64,000 nt of DNA, from IMG/VR virus record IMGVR_UViG_3300010370_000030, positions 17,808-81,807 of that record; one strand, given 5' to 3'. Under the pieces are notes generated by a model. It had not been told where the DNA came from. It made no database searches and was given only the letters and a program-made list of their open reading frames with translations. The position numbers and the translations under genes are program-made. Positions 48,601-57,636 of this stretch are shown here, piece after piece. Origin of the DNA: a virus. How positions within the stretch are numbered: the first letter of the stretch is position 1; each line of letters starts with the position of its first letter.

Positions 48601-48829
48601 TGGGTTTATCGGTAATTTCACAGGTGGTTATGTAGGAACATACTCACGCATATTCACAGGTGCATACACAGGTCAATTCACTGGCATCTATACCGGGGCA
48701 TTTACAGGCGCATTCAGTGGTAATTATGCAAATAATTTTACACGTTTATTCACAGGGGCATACTCAGGCTTAACGGTCACCGGCACTACGACGACGACTA
48801 CATACACATTATGGGTTAGAACAGCTTGA
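45689..48829 (+). CDS. Giant tetrapeptide-repeat virion protein A (1046 aa)
   Basis: Three RPL..QEMS..DI..GTW..DT..LYQ modules; about 760 aa of [YF]xxx repeats; ends YTLWVRTA. Confidence 0.85.
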   Translation: MARPLRARYVTASTSDGVQEMSDSDINDLVIPRITNLFYAASNTSGYGNKLELRTTPPTWNYVTGGTVLDVFPTALPPIGTHPVTSSSTTYTLYQNLDTALTTNFDLITKPVKTEASGGVQKIQQFSNNDIRDDIHSKVIAEISAGAQGAYWLGTSPPGTGTWIIVSSINDTFVNSTSNSTQTTTYNLYQRSTNSGYGTKRPLKGTANALTEMSDAEIDTMAAAIRDCIAAGIGRYQISATTPTPGTWVARGSFTDTQNGIVDTPYAGSYLGVFTGAFTGEYSRAFSGNYAGSYNQAFTGNFIDTSRFTGTYQGTYQNTFTGVYSRAFSRETTTGFTGIYQNTYSGTYSGVYTGAYTRAYAGTYSGLYQGASFAGSYDNTFAGSYDRAFTGSFDRVYAGSYDRAFTGSFDRAYAGSYDRVFAGSYDRTFTFEWSGSYSGAAFAGSYDRAFAGSYDRAFSGNYTRTYTGWYTTQWTRNYAGGYAGPAWTLSYTGTREYSFSRVFQTLVPVGVNGPVYTRNFFATEFTKGTTGIFTQDLQYYRTGYFTSEVNRTFTGDYTGNFTVDYTGTYSRNFSGTREGITYGSTFSGVYALFNYTGDFTKTAQFSGIAYTRKFTRSYQAIFATQYTRTFTGSRDKSYLNPYNSTYYSGSYAGSYAGSEAYGGAPYYTGLRDSASYSRAFTATWSGLNDGEVYARAFTILESYWFFTATNYTKTWAGTYTGAFSGFSYARVFQRIFSGAYSRPYATTYSRVFTRFVPIYWTAIYSRVFSGDYTATYTRDLTATYTATWSRIFAGDYTSPYPSYQATFTGSYTKNETFASPIFQGFSGSYDRVWSGDYTRAFSGDYTRAFSGNYTRNYTGAYTGDYTRAFSGDYTRAFSGDYTRAFSGDYTRAFSGDYTRAFSGDYTRAFSGNYTRAFSGSYTRTYTGNWTGEFNSTFSGPYVGSFIGSYIGYWTGVYSRIFTGAYTGEFTGGFIGNFTGGYVGTYSRIFTGAYTGQFTGIYTGAFTGAFSGNYANNFTRLFTGAYSGLTVTGTTTTTTYTLWVRTA
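46817..47075 (+). repeat. 24/48-bp tandem repeats encoding (AGSYDRAF)n
   Basis: GCAGGTTCATATGACCGCGCATTT / ACAGGATCTTTTGATAGAG units. Confidence 0.85.
48190..48445 (+). repeat. 24-bp tandem repeats encoding (SGDYTRAF)n
   Basis: TCAGGAGATTATACCCGAGCGTTC repeated with synonymous changes. Confidence 0.92.
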
Positions 48830-48835
48830 GAGAAA

Positions 48836-51800
48836 ATGTCACTTCGTCCACTCTACTATAGCACATCGTTATCTGGTTTACAGGAGATGTCCAACACGGA
48901 CATTGATGGTTATATTGTAAACGTGATTGGTACCGATTTTGCTTCAACGGAAGATATTGGATCTCTTATAGTTCAAGATCCAGGTGACCCGGTTCCCGCT
49001 AATTCTACTTCTATTGGTACATGGGCCGATACACACTATGATCAACAAATAGGTGATCATCCTGTTTCCGAAGCAAACCTCGTCTATTCAAACACGACCA
49101 TTTATCAAAGAATGAGTGGTGGGCCTTTGGCTGATCCATTTATGGTGCGTCCTATTTGCTGGAATGATACACTAAATGGATTACAGCAGATGGCGAACGC
49201 TGATTTAGACACGACCATTATTGCAAGAGCTGTTTCGTATATTGTCAATGGAGGTGTGGGGTCATATGTTTTGCAACCTTCAGCACCAGCAAGTGGCACG
49301 TGGGTTGCGCGAGGACGTCTTAAAAATACAGAGCGTCCATATTATGCTAATGAAACGTTTCTATGGCAAAAAACGTCTGAAAGTCCAAGTGGTTCTGTAA
49401 AGCCTTTGAAATGGAATGTTGGTGCTGTGCAAGAAATGTCGAACAATGACATTAAAACATTAACACACCGAGCAAGGAATTACATTGCTTCAACAGGAAT
49501 AGGGACATATCAGTTATCAACAAGTACTCCTACTTCCGGTGGTACGTGGGTTGAGGCAGGTAGCGGATTTGCTGACACGCGTCAAGAAATAAGACCACAA
49601 ACTTACAATGCTCAAGTGTACACAGCAACTTTTTCTGGTGCATACACGGGAGCATTTACAGGCCAATATCAAGGCAATTTTACTGGGACGTATGGCATTC
49701 CGTACACCCGTGATTTTACAGGTTCATTTGTTGATACGTTCACAGGCGTATTCAACCAACAATTTACTGGTGCTTTTACTGGTGGATATGCTACGGCTTA
49801 TACTGGTTCATTTAATCAAGAGTTCACCGGCCAATTCACAGGCACATATACAGGTGGTTACACCGGTACTTTTATCGGATCGTACACGGGTGATTATATA
49901 GGGCAATTTACAGGAGCTTATTCCTCACCGTATGTTGGGAGCTTCACTGGTACATATGCTGGAAAGTTTAACCAGGAATTCACGGGAGCATTCAGTGGAT
50001 TTTACCAAGGTACGTACAATCAAAATTTTACGGGCGATTTTGTTGGTGGGTTTACGGGTGAGTTCTCAGGTAAGTATGCCCAGGAATTCACAGGGTCTTA
50101 TAGCTCTAACTTTACAGCAGCTTATAGTGGTGCGTTTACGGGTCAGTTTACAGGATTATATGCAAACACATTTACAGGCGAGTTCGTAGGCAAGTATGTA
50201 GGATTTTTCACTGGCGTATACTCAACCACGTATGCTAATACTTTTACCGGTAGTTACACGGGCATATACACCGGTGCCTACAGTCTGGCTTTTACTGGAG
50301 ACTTCACTGGATTATTTAATCAAGTATTTGTAGGAAACTACGCTGGTAAGTATGCAGGAACTTTCGACTATCCGTTCTCAGGTACGTTTGTTGGTACATA
50401 CAGCAATGTATTCTCTGCAGTATATACGGGTAATTACACAGGCATTTATAATCAACAATTCACTGGTGCGTTCACAGGTATTTTCAATCAGATCTTTACG
50501 GGCGAGTTCGTTGGTAAGTATTCGGGAGATTATAACCAAACATTTACGGGAGATTTCGCTGGAACATATAGTAGATTGTTTACCGGAAGCTATACGGGTA
50601 ACTATACAGGTGTATACAATCAGGTCTTCACAGGCTCTTTTGCCGGTAAATATGCAGGATCTTTCACAGGTGCGTTTGCTGGTGGATACACGGGATCATT
50701 TACTGGATCCTATACAGGTGCTTATACAGGGTTGTATTCAGGTGCATATGCAGGAAGTTATCAAGGTAATTTCACAGGTGATTATACAACCGCAGCCGTA
50801 ACAAATTTACTAGCATATTCCGATAGCCTCGATGGTGGTGCCTGGCAAGGATATTGTGCAGCTAATATGAACAACGTCACGTACAAGACGACAGACATCC
50901 TTGCACCGGACGGTACATACAATGCCTTGAAAGTTGTTATGGATGGAAGCACAACGTGTGGTGGTGGCGGTACATGGGGTATGTTGTACGGAGCTTCGCA
51001 GATCTTTACATCAGGGCAACCATATACAGTAAGTATTTGGGCGCGATGTGCCACAGGTACAACAGGTATGCAATTAGGTTTGAACGACTATTACAGTACG
51101 GGTGTTACACTAACTACATCGTGGCAGCGTTTTTCTTTTACAGCGACACCGACAGGACCAGGGGCACCATTAGATCGAGGTCTTCAATTTGTGCGTCATG
51201 ATTCAACACCCGGTGTTACAATTTACGTATGGGGTGCTCAGCTTGAGACCGGTAGCACAATGTCGCGGTACGTACAAACAAGCACTACATCAGCCACATC
51301 ACCGGCAGGAACATATGTCGGGACTTTCACTGGGCCTTATTCGGGTAGTTATACGAGGGCCTTTACCGGAGCATACACTGGCATATATGCAGGTGGCTAT
51401 GTAGGATACTTCACAGGTGGTTATACTGGTGGTTATGTTGGCTCGTTCACAGGAATTTACTCTGGTGGATACACGAGAGCCTTCTCAGGAATTTACACGG
51501 GTTCTTACACAGGAACGTATGCCGGAACATACACAGGATTATACTCTGGTGGATATGTTGGTTCGTTTACTGGGATATACTCTGGTGGGTATGTTGGTTC
51601 ATTTACTGGGATATACTCTGGTGGGTATAGCAGGCTGTTCACTGGAGTTTATACTGGTTCCTACACAGGAACATATGCCGGAACATACACGGGAATATAT
51701 TCCGGTGGTTATGTTGGATATTTTACAGGTGATTATGCAGGTGGGTATGTTGGATATTTTACAGGTGGTTATGCAGGTGGGTATGTTGGATATTTTACAG

Positions 51801-54800
51801 GTGGTTATGCAGGTGGTTATAGTGGGCTATTTACTGGAGTTTATACAGGATCATACACAGGAGCGTATGCTGGTACATACACTGGTATCTATGCAGGTGG
51901 GTATGTAGGGTATTTTACTGGGATTTATGGCGGTACGTATAGTAGACTGTTTACAGGTATCTACTCAGGAAGTTATCAAGGCAATTTTTCTGGAACATAC
52001 GCTGGCACATATAGCCGATTATTTACAGGTATCTACTCAGGAAGTTATCAAGGTAATTTTACCGGAAGTTTTGCCGGAACTTATAGTAGATTGTTTACTG
52101 GTCTTTACTCAGGAAATTACCAAGGTAACTTCACTGGAGTATATGCTGGTACATATAGTAGATTGTTTACTGGAGCCTACGCGGGATCATATTCACGAGG
52201 ATTCACAAGGGTATTTATTGGTACTTATTCAAGAGTATTTAACAACACGTTCGCTGGAAATTATGTAGGTGTTTTTACGCCTACGTTTGCAGGGACGTAT
52301 ACAAGAGGGTTCACCGGTTCTTATGCAGGGTCTTATCAAAATCCCTTCAGTGGTGTAGTTTATGTAGGGTATTATGCAGGAACATACAACAGGGCATTCT
52401 CTGGAACGTATCAGGGAGCTTTCACGCGTATATTCACTGGATCTTATTCGAGATTGTTTCAGGATCCATATTCGGGCGTAACCTATAGCGGGTCATATGC
52501 AGGAAATTACGTTGGAATATATGGAGCCTCATGGTCACGTATATTTACTGGATCATATGCAGGGTTTTTCACAGGTGAATTTACCGGTCCGTATGCATCT
52601 ACCTACACCGCAACATGGTCAGGATTATTCTCAGGAAGTTATCAAGGTAACTTTAGTGGAAGTTTTGCCGGAACTTATAGTAGATTGTTTACTGGTTTTT
52701 ACTCAGGAAATTACCAAGGTAATTTTACCGGAAGTTTTGCCGGAACTTATAGCAGATTGTTTACAGGCGATTACTCTGGAAATTATCAAGGTAACTTTTC
52801 CGGAATCTTTGGTGGTACATATAGCAGATTGTTTACAGGCGATTACTCTGGAAATTATCAAGGTAACTTTTCCGGAACATATGCTGGTACTTATGCCCAA
52901 ACATTTACCGGAGCTTATGCGGGTGGTTACACAGGATATTATTCAGGAGCGTATGCAGGCTCATATTCAGGATCCTATAACAACACCTTTACTGGAGCGT
53001 TTGCTGGTACTTATGCCCAAACATTTACCGGAGCTTATGCGGGTGGTTACACAGGATATTACTCGGGAGCATATGCAGGATCATATTCAGGATCTTACAA
53101 CAATACTTTTACCGGCATATATTCTGGGGCTTACGCCCAAACGTTTACCGGTATATACTCGGGTGCTTACGCTCAAACATTCACCGGTATATATTCTGGG
53201 GCTTACGCCCAAACGTTTACCGGAGCTTATTCGGGTGGTTACACAGGATATTATTCAGGAGCGTATGCAGGTTCCTACTCAGGATCTTATAACCAAACGT
53301 TTACAGGCGCTTTTGCAGGCACGTATCAGCAAACGTTTACTGGCGGGTACTCGGGAACATATCAACAAACGTTCACTGGAACTTATTCGGGTGGTTACAC
53401 AGGATATTACTCGGGAGCATATGCAGGATCATATTCGGGTTCATATAACCAAACGTTTACAGGCGCTTTTGCAGGCACGTATCAACAAACGTTCACAGGT
53501 ATTTACTCGGGAACGTATCAACAAACGTTTACAGGTGGGTACTCAGGAACGTACTCGGGATCATACAATCAAGCCTTTACGGGCACTTTTTTAGGTAGCT
53601 ACCAAAGTTCTTTTACAGGATTTTACTCGGGCACATATAGCCGCGCATTTTCAGGAAGTTATACGGGTGCATATGCGGGAGTCTATGCAGGCGCATATGC
53701 TGGAACCTTCAATCAAGTGTTCACTGGTTCGTTTGTTGGAGTTTACACAGGCGTATTCACGGGAAATTATTCCGGAGGCTATACCGGTGCGTTTACAGGA
53801 ATATACGCTGGTGCATATGCAGGTAACTACCAAGGTAGTTTTACTGGAAATTATTCAGGCGGGTACACTCGAGCATTTACGGGAACATATACAGGAATTT
53901 ATGTTGGTAAGTATACCGGATCATTTACGGGTGTATATTCGACAACTTTCACAGGTGCGTTCACAGGCATCTACGCAGGCGGGTACGGAGGAAGTTTTGT
54001 GGGGGATTTCACCGGAGCGTTTGTGGGTAAGTATACGGGGTCGTTCACAGGTGTTTACACAGGTAACTATGCGGGCAATTACACAGGAACATTTGCTGGT
54101 GTTTACTCAAGTCCATTTACAGGAACTTTTGCTGGGGGATATGCTGGAGCATATGTCGGTTCATATTTAGGCTTTTTCACGGGTAATTTTACGGCTGAAT
54201 ACGCAGACATATATGCAGGTTTTTATACCGGTGTGTATAGCGGATCGTTCAGTGGTTCGTACAATCAATCGTTTACACGAAACTTTACGTTCGACTATAC
54301 AGGAACGTTTTCGGGTCCATACGTAGGGTTTTTTACAGGAAGCTATTCGCGAATATTCAGTAGATTCTTTACCGGTGCATACACAGGCCAATTCACTGGT
54401 GCTTATTCTGGCGCCTATAGTCAGGCATTTACAGGGTTCTTCTCAGGCACATACACAGGCGTCTACAGCCAAGCGTTCACTGGTACCTACACGGGAATTT
54501 TCAATCAGGCGTTCTCAGGTAAGTATGTAGGCCTTTTTAATCAAGTGTTCACAGGTATGTTTGTTGGTTCATACAACCAACAATTCACAGGCGCATTTAG
54601 TGGAGATTATACTGCTGTATACAGTGGGGCATATAGTCAAGCGTTTACAGGTGCGTTTAGTGGTAAGTACACAGGTCAATTTTCTGGTGCCTATACAGGA
54701 GCGTTTGGTTCGTTGTTTACGGGAGTGTATTCTTCATTGTTCACTGGAACATATTCAAGTTTATTTACGGGTTCATTTAATCAAACACCTATCTACACGA

Positions 54801-55105
54801 GCGTATACTCGAGACCATATGCCGGTGTGTATGGGCAAACATTTAGCAGTGCAGTCTACTCTGGTGCAACATATGCACAAGCGTATACAGGAGAATATAC
54901 TGGGTCTTACACGGGGACTTCTATTTTCGGTTTTGTAGGGCAGTTTACAAAAGCATTTACTGGTTTATTGGGTTCTTTTTCGTCTTTATTTACAGGACTA
55001 TATACTAACATAACAGGGCAGTATTTAGCAGCTTGGTCGGGTTTGACAATCATATCAACACCTGAAACAATTCAAACACTTAAACTTTGGGTACGAACAG
55101 CATGA
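48836..55105 (+). CDS. Giant tetrapeptide-repeat virion protein B (2089 aa) with inserted carbohydrate-binding-like domain
   Basis: N-terminus paralogous to protein A; ends LKLWVRTA; globular insert at 50801-51280 (TNLLAYS..APDGT..YTVSIWAR..LTTSWQRFSFT..IYVWGAQLE). Confidence 0.85.
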   Translation: MSLRPLYYSTSLSGLQEMSNTDIDGYIVNVIGTDFASTEDIGSLIVQDPGDPVPANSTSIGTWADTHYDQQIGDHPVSEANLVYSNTTIYQRMSGGPLADPFMVRPICWNDTLNGLQQMANADLDTTIIARAVSYIVNGGVGSYVLQPSAPASGTWVARGRLKNTERPYYANETFLWQKTSESPSGSVKPLKWNVGAVQEMSNNDIKTLTHRARNYIASTGIGTYQLSTSTPTSGGTWVEAGSGFADTRQEIRPQTYNAQVYTATFSGAYTGAFTGQYQGNFTGTYGIPYTRDFTGSFVDTFTGVFNQQFTGAFTGGYATAYTGSFNQEFTGQFTGTYTGGYTGTFIGSYTGDYIGQFTGAYSSPYVGSFTGTYAGKFNQEFTGAFSGFYQGTYNQNFTGDFVGGFTGEFSGKYAQEFTGSYSSNFTAAYSGAFTGQFTGLYANTFTGEFVGKYVGFFTGVYSTTYANTFTGSYTGIYTGAYSLAFTGDFTGLFNQVFVGNYAGKYAGTFDYPFSGTFVGTYSNVFSAVYTGNYTGIYNQQFTGAFTGIFNQIFTGEFVGKYSGDYNQTFTGDFAGTYSRLFTGSYTGNYTGVYNQVFTGSFAGKYAGSFTGAFAGGYTGSFTGSYTGAYTGLYSGAYAGSYQGNFTGDYTTAAVTNLLAYSDSLDGGAWQGYCAANMNNVTYKTTDILAPDGTYNALKVVMDGSTTCGGGGTWGMLYGASQIFTSGQPYTVSIWARCATGTTGMQLGLNDYYSTGVTLTTSWQRFSFTATPTGPGAPLDRGLQFVRHDSTPGVTIYVWGAQLETGSTMSRYVQTSTTSATSPAGTYVGTFTGPYSGSYTRAFTGAYTGIYAGGYVGYFTGGYTGGYVGSFTGIYSGGYTRAFSGIYTGSYTGTYAGTYTGLYSGGYVGSFTGIYSGGYVGSFTGIYSGGYSRLFTGVYTGSYTGTYAGTYTGIYSGGYVGYFTGDYAGGYVGYFTGGYAGGYVGYFTGGYAGGYSGLFTGVYTGSYTGAYAGTYTGIYAGGYVGYFTGIYGGTYSRLFTGIYSGSYQGNFSGTYAGTYSRLFTGIYSGSYQGNFTGSFAGTYSRLFTGLYSGNYQGNFTGVYAGTYSRLFTGAYAGSYSRGFTRVFIGTYSRVFNNTFAGNYVGVFTPTFAGTYTRGFTGSYAGSYQNPFSGVVYVGYYAGTYNRAFSGTYQGAFTRIFTGSYSRLFQDPYSGVTYSGSYAGNYVGIYGASWSRIFTGSYAGFFTGEFTGPYASTYTATWSGLFSGSYQGNFSGSFAGTYSRLFTGFYSGNYQGNFTGSFAGTYSRLFTGDYSGNYQGNFSGIFGGTYSRLFTGDYSGNYQGNFSGTYAGTYAQTFTGAYAGGYTGYYSGAYAGSYSGSYNNTFTGAFAGTYAQTFTGAYAGGYTGYYSGAYAGSYSGSYNNTFTGIYSGAYAQTFTGIYSGAYAQTFTGIYSGAYAQTFTGAYSGGYTGYYSGAYAGSYSGSYNQTFTGAFAGTYQQTFTGGYSGTYQQTFTGTYSGGYTGYYSGAYAGSYSGSYNQTFTGAFAGTYQQTFTGIYSGTYQQTFTGGYSGTYSGSYNQAFTGTFLGSYQSSFTGFYSGTYSRAFSGSYTGAYAGVYAGAYAGTFNQVFTGSFVGVYTGVFTGNYSGGYTGAFTGIYAGAYAGNYQGSFTGNYSGGYTRAFTGTYTGIYVGKYTGSFTGVYSTTFTGAFTGIYAGGYGGSFVGDFTGAFVGKYTGSFTGVYTGNYAGNYTGTFAGVYSSPFTGTFAGGYAGAYVGSYLGFFTGNFTAEYADIYAGFYTGVYSGSFSGSYNQSFTRNFTFDYTGTFSGPYVGFFTGSYSRIFSRFFTGAYTGQFTGAYSGAYSQAFTGFFSGTYTGVYSQAFTGTYTGIFNQAFSGKYVGLFNQVFTGMFVGSYNQQFTGAFSGDYTAVYSGAYSQAFTGAFSGKYTGQFSGAYTGAFGSLFTGVYSSLFTGTYSSLFTGSFNQTPIYTSVYSRPYAGVYGQTFSSAVYSGATYAQAYTGEYTGSYTGTSIFGFVGQFTKAFTGLLGSFSSLFTGLYTNITGQYLAAWSGLTIISTPETIQTLKLWVRTA
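51390..53570 (+). repeat. Nested 36-, 60- and 120-bp coding repeat blocks
   Basis: GGTGGGTATGTTGGATATTTTACAGGTGGTTATGCA x3; YSRLFTGxYSGxYQGNF blocks; near-exact 120-bp duplication at about 52883/53003. Confidence 0.88.
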
Positions 55106-55545
55106 AACGAACTATTGTAAATCCGCATTGGGTAAACAATGCAAGAACGGTCATCTCTGCTGAATTTCATTATGATGATGGTAGAGTAGCGCAGGCAACT
55201 ATTTCGGAATCGGATGTAACAAATCCTGATCTCGTTGAAATTAAAACTAAGTTCACGAACGAACAGCTTGAAGCTAATACACGTAAAAAAATTCAAGAAA
55301 TAAATGCTGAGCGTGAGCGTAAGCACCAAGAAGAGCTTGCAAAACAGCAACGTAAACAACAGGAAGAACTTTTTGCTGCTAAATTAGAAATTTTTGAAAT
55401 TGAAGCAATTAAGAATTCGGATAACAGAGCTCTAAAAACAAAAATTCGAAAATCTAAGAGTGGCGTTGAAGCTATGGCTTGGGCGTCAGCTTTACTTCTT
55501 GATGTTGCACAGAAGGAAATGTCTGCTAATTCAACAACGGAGTAA
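55102..55545 (+). CDS. Hypothetical protein, possible fibre chaperone
   Basis: ATGA-coupled to protein B; LFAAKLEIFEIEAIKNS...K.KIRKSK. Confidence 0.65.
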   Translation: MKRTIVNPHWVNNARTVISAEFHYDDGRVAQATISESDVTNPDLVEIKTKFTNEQLEANTRKKIQEINAERERKHQEELAKQQRKQQEELFAAKLEIFEIEAIKNSDNRALKTKIRKSKSGVEAMAWASALLLDVAQKEMSANSTTE

Positions 55546-55547
55546 GA

Positions 55548-56282
55548 ATGAATATTCGTAATGGTTTTTTGATAGTCGCTTCGCAGCTCAAAGAATATTT
55601 GGATTCGGCTAATTATCTAGCCAACAGTATCAAAGATTATTATCCTGATGCTCATATAACGCTCTTCGTAACACCAAACTTGGAGCGCTATGCTGACCGT
55701 AGCGTTTTTGACATCGTAATGTCTGAAGATGTACCTAATCACGTACGTACTAAATTGTATGCTCTTTCTAGAACTCCATATACTGAACTTACTGTTTATG
55801 TTGATGCCGACATGGAATGTATGCACACTGATGTATCAAAGGTATGGGATCAAATGCCCGAAGATTGTGATATCCTTATTACAAGGATACGTCCATACAA
55901 CGGAAAGGAAGATCGTTGGCCCGGTGGTAAAACTATTCCCAAAGGTCGTATGGTTTATCATGGTGGGTTTTTCATGTATAGATCGAATCCACAAACACTT
56001 GAATTTATGCGTAGGTGGTGGGAAGATTATCGACTCCAAAGAAGTGAGCCATGGCCATACCCCGAAGAAGAATGCCGCCAATCTTTTGCTCAATGGGACC
56101 AATTTACATTTTGGAAGCTGATGGCAGTAGATAATTTGCCCGTCAAAGTGGATGTATTCAAAGATGATGCGCGGTGGAATTTTGTTAACGGATATTTTCC
56201 TAATGAGACAAAGGAACCTATCATATTCTGGCATCATACAATCCCATCCAAACATGAGAACATAGGACTTACAAAGAAATGA
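55548..56282 (+). CDS. GT-A fold glycosyltransferase-like protein
   Basis: SIKDYYP, RTKL.AL..TPY, YVDAD (DxD), GGFFMY, WDQF, RWN. Confidence 0.78.
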   Translation: MNIRNGFLIVASQLKEYLDSANYLANSIKDYYPDAHITLFVTPNLERYADRSVFDIVMSEDVPNHVRTKLYALSRTPYTELTVYVDADMECMHTDVSKVWDQMPEDCDILITRIRPYNGKEDRWPGGKTIPKGRMVYHGGFFMYRSNPQTLEFMRRWWEDYRLQRSEPWPYPEEECRQSFAQWDQFTFWKLMAVDNLPVKVDVFKDDARWNFVNGYFPNETKEPIIFWHHTIPSKHENIGLTKK

Positions 56283-56911
56283 AAGAAATTCCGATTAACA
56301 ATGCTGAACTTAAATCTATCCTCGACAGGTGGTTGAATGTCCTGCTAAAAGTAGATAGATCAAAATATCCTTACAACGTAGGTGTTGGTAAAGATGGTCC
56401 TTTTACACCGGAATATGCATGTGGTATGGAGTATTTGAATCACATGCAAAGTAAAAAAGTGGATGGGTTTCCAGAGTCGACTTTAGGTGTTGACCTAATG
56501 AAATTCAATCCACCACATCGGTCACTTTCTGAAGCGTTGTTTAAGCTCGATCATGAATTATTGAACTGGTCAGGTTCTAGGAACAATGCGGTGAAAATGT
56601 TATATCCAAAAGGTGGATATATGGGGTGGCATCACAATGCTAATGCACCTGGTTATAATATCCTTCTATCCTGGTCTGAAAAAGGAACGGGGTTTTTTAG
56701 GTATCAGGATCCAATTACAAAAGAAATCATAACAATGCATGATACGCCGGGATGGACTTGTAAAGTCGGATATTACGGTCCGTGGCATGAACCGAACCGG
56801 ATCTATTGGCACTGTGCAAGTGCACATGAGGAGGAAAGAGTAACGCTTGGGTATATTATTCCGCACGAGGGAATGTGGAATAATATGTGCGAAGATATTC
56901 AATATGGGTGA
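56279..56911 (+). CDS. 2OG-Fe(II) oxygenase/cupin-like protein
   Basis: YPKGGYMGWHHNAN, YWHCA, RVTLGY. Confidence 0.65.
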   Translation: MKEIPINNAELKSILDRWLNVLLKVDRSKYPYNVGVGKDGPFTPEYACGMEYLNHMQSKKVDGFPESTLGVDLMKFNPPHRSLSEALFKLDHELLNWSGSRNNAVKMLYPKGGYMGWHHNANAPGYNILLSWSEKGTGFFRYQDPITKEIITMHDTPGWTCKVGYYGPWHEPNRIYWHCASAHEEERVTLGYIIPHEGMWNNMCEDIQYG

Positions 56912-57636
56912 TGTTTATTGAAAATTGTGTCGTAATGGTGCTGCTGGATTGGTCCGTTAAAAAGAACCACGGGTATTCTCTTCGCTGTTTCTATAAATTT
57001 ACTCTCCCGGTAAGCACCATTAACATCGTAAAGATAATTCTCCGCATTATCAACGCCATAAAGATACGAATAAAATTTTCTCGTCGGAAAATATCCAATA
57101 CCAATACCTATATTGTCTTTTTCGTAAAATAAAAATGAATCCATACCCCATCGGTATTTTGTCATAAAAAATTCAGGATCTTTTATCACATAATCCCAAA
57201 TTTTTTGCGTTTTATCATTTTTCCATGTCATGCAGCTACTGTTGAAGGGATGGTGAAAGACAGGAAAACCATAGTCCCATTTGCGTCTCCATTCAGCTTC
57301 AATCAGAGTCAACTCATTATTATTACACAACACGATATCGTTAATGTTATGTTTAATGACAACATCGAGGTCAAAGAAAACGCGGTTACCACGAGGTAGA
57401 ATGCTATTGATGTGGTCACTGAATAAAAATAGCTTGTTGTAGACAACTATATCGAATTCGTTTTCCACGTACTCGATTATGTTGATGTTGCTATTGATAC
57501 CCTCGGGATTGTCCGTGTAACAAAACATATTAAACGGTGTTGTTATATGCTTACTACACATCCTAAATAAATTATTAACCATGTAGCTGGGGTACTTTGT
57601 GCCAACTTTAACACATAAAATTGTGAGTGTTTCCAT
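56899..57636 (-). CDS. GT-A fold glycosyltransferase-like protein (inverted)
   Basis: CVKVGTKY..VNNL, FCYTD, YNKL.LF, FFDLDVVI, NSSCM.W. Confidence 0.8.
   Translation of the reverse strand: METLTILCVKVGTKYPSYMVNNLFRMCSKHITTPFNMFCYTDNPEGINSNINIIEYVENEFDIVVYNKLFLFSDHINSILPRGNRVFFDLDVVIKHNINDIVLCNNNELTLIEAEWRRKWDYGFPVFHHPFNSSCMTWKNDKTQKIWDYVIKDPEFFMTKYRWGMDSFLFYEKDNIGIGIGYFPTRKFYSYLYGVDNAENYLYDVNGAYRESKFIETAKRIPVVLFNGPIQQHHYDTIFNKHHPY

Noticed and set aside
52497-53594. 365-aa alternate-frame ORF and similar ones in the repeat genes
   Set aside because: Explained by stop-poor periodic sequence; no independent signals.
45689-55105. Ice nucleation protein (InaZ)
   Set aside because: Composition is similar (G, Y, T, S) but the AGYGSTxTA 8/16-aa motif is absent; the period here is 4 with an aromatic residue in each unit.
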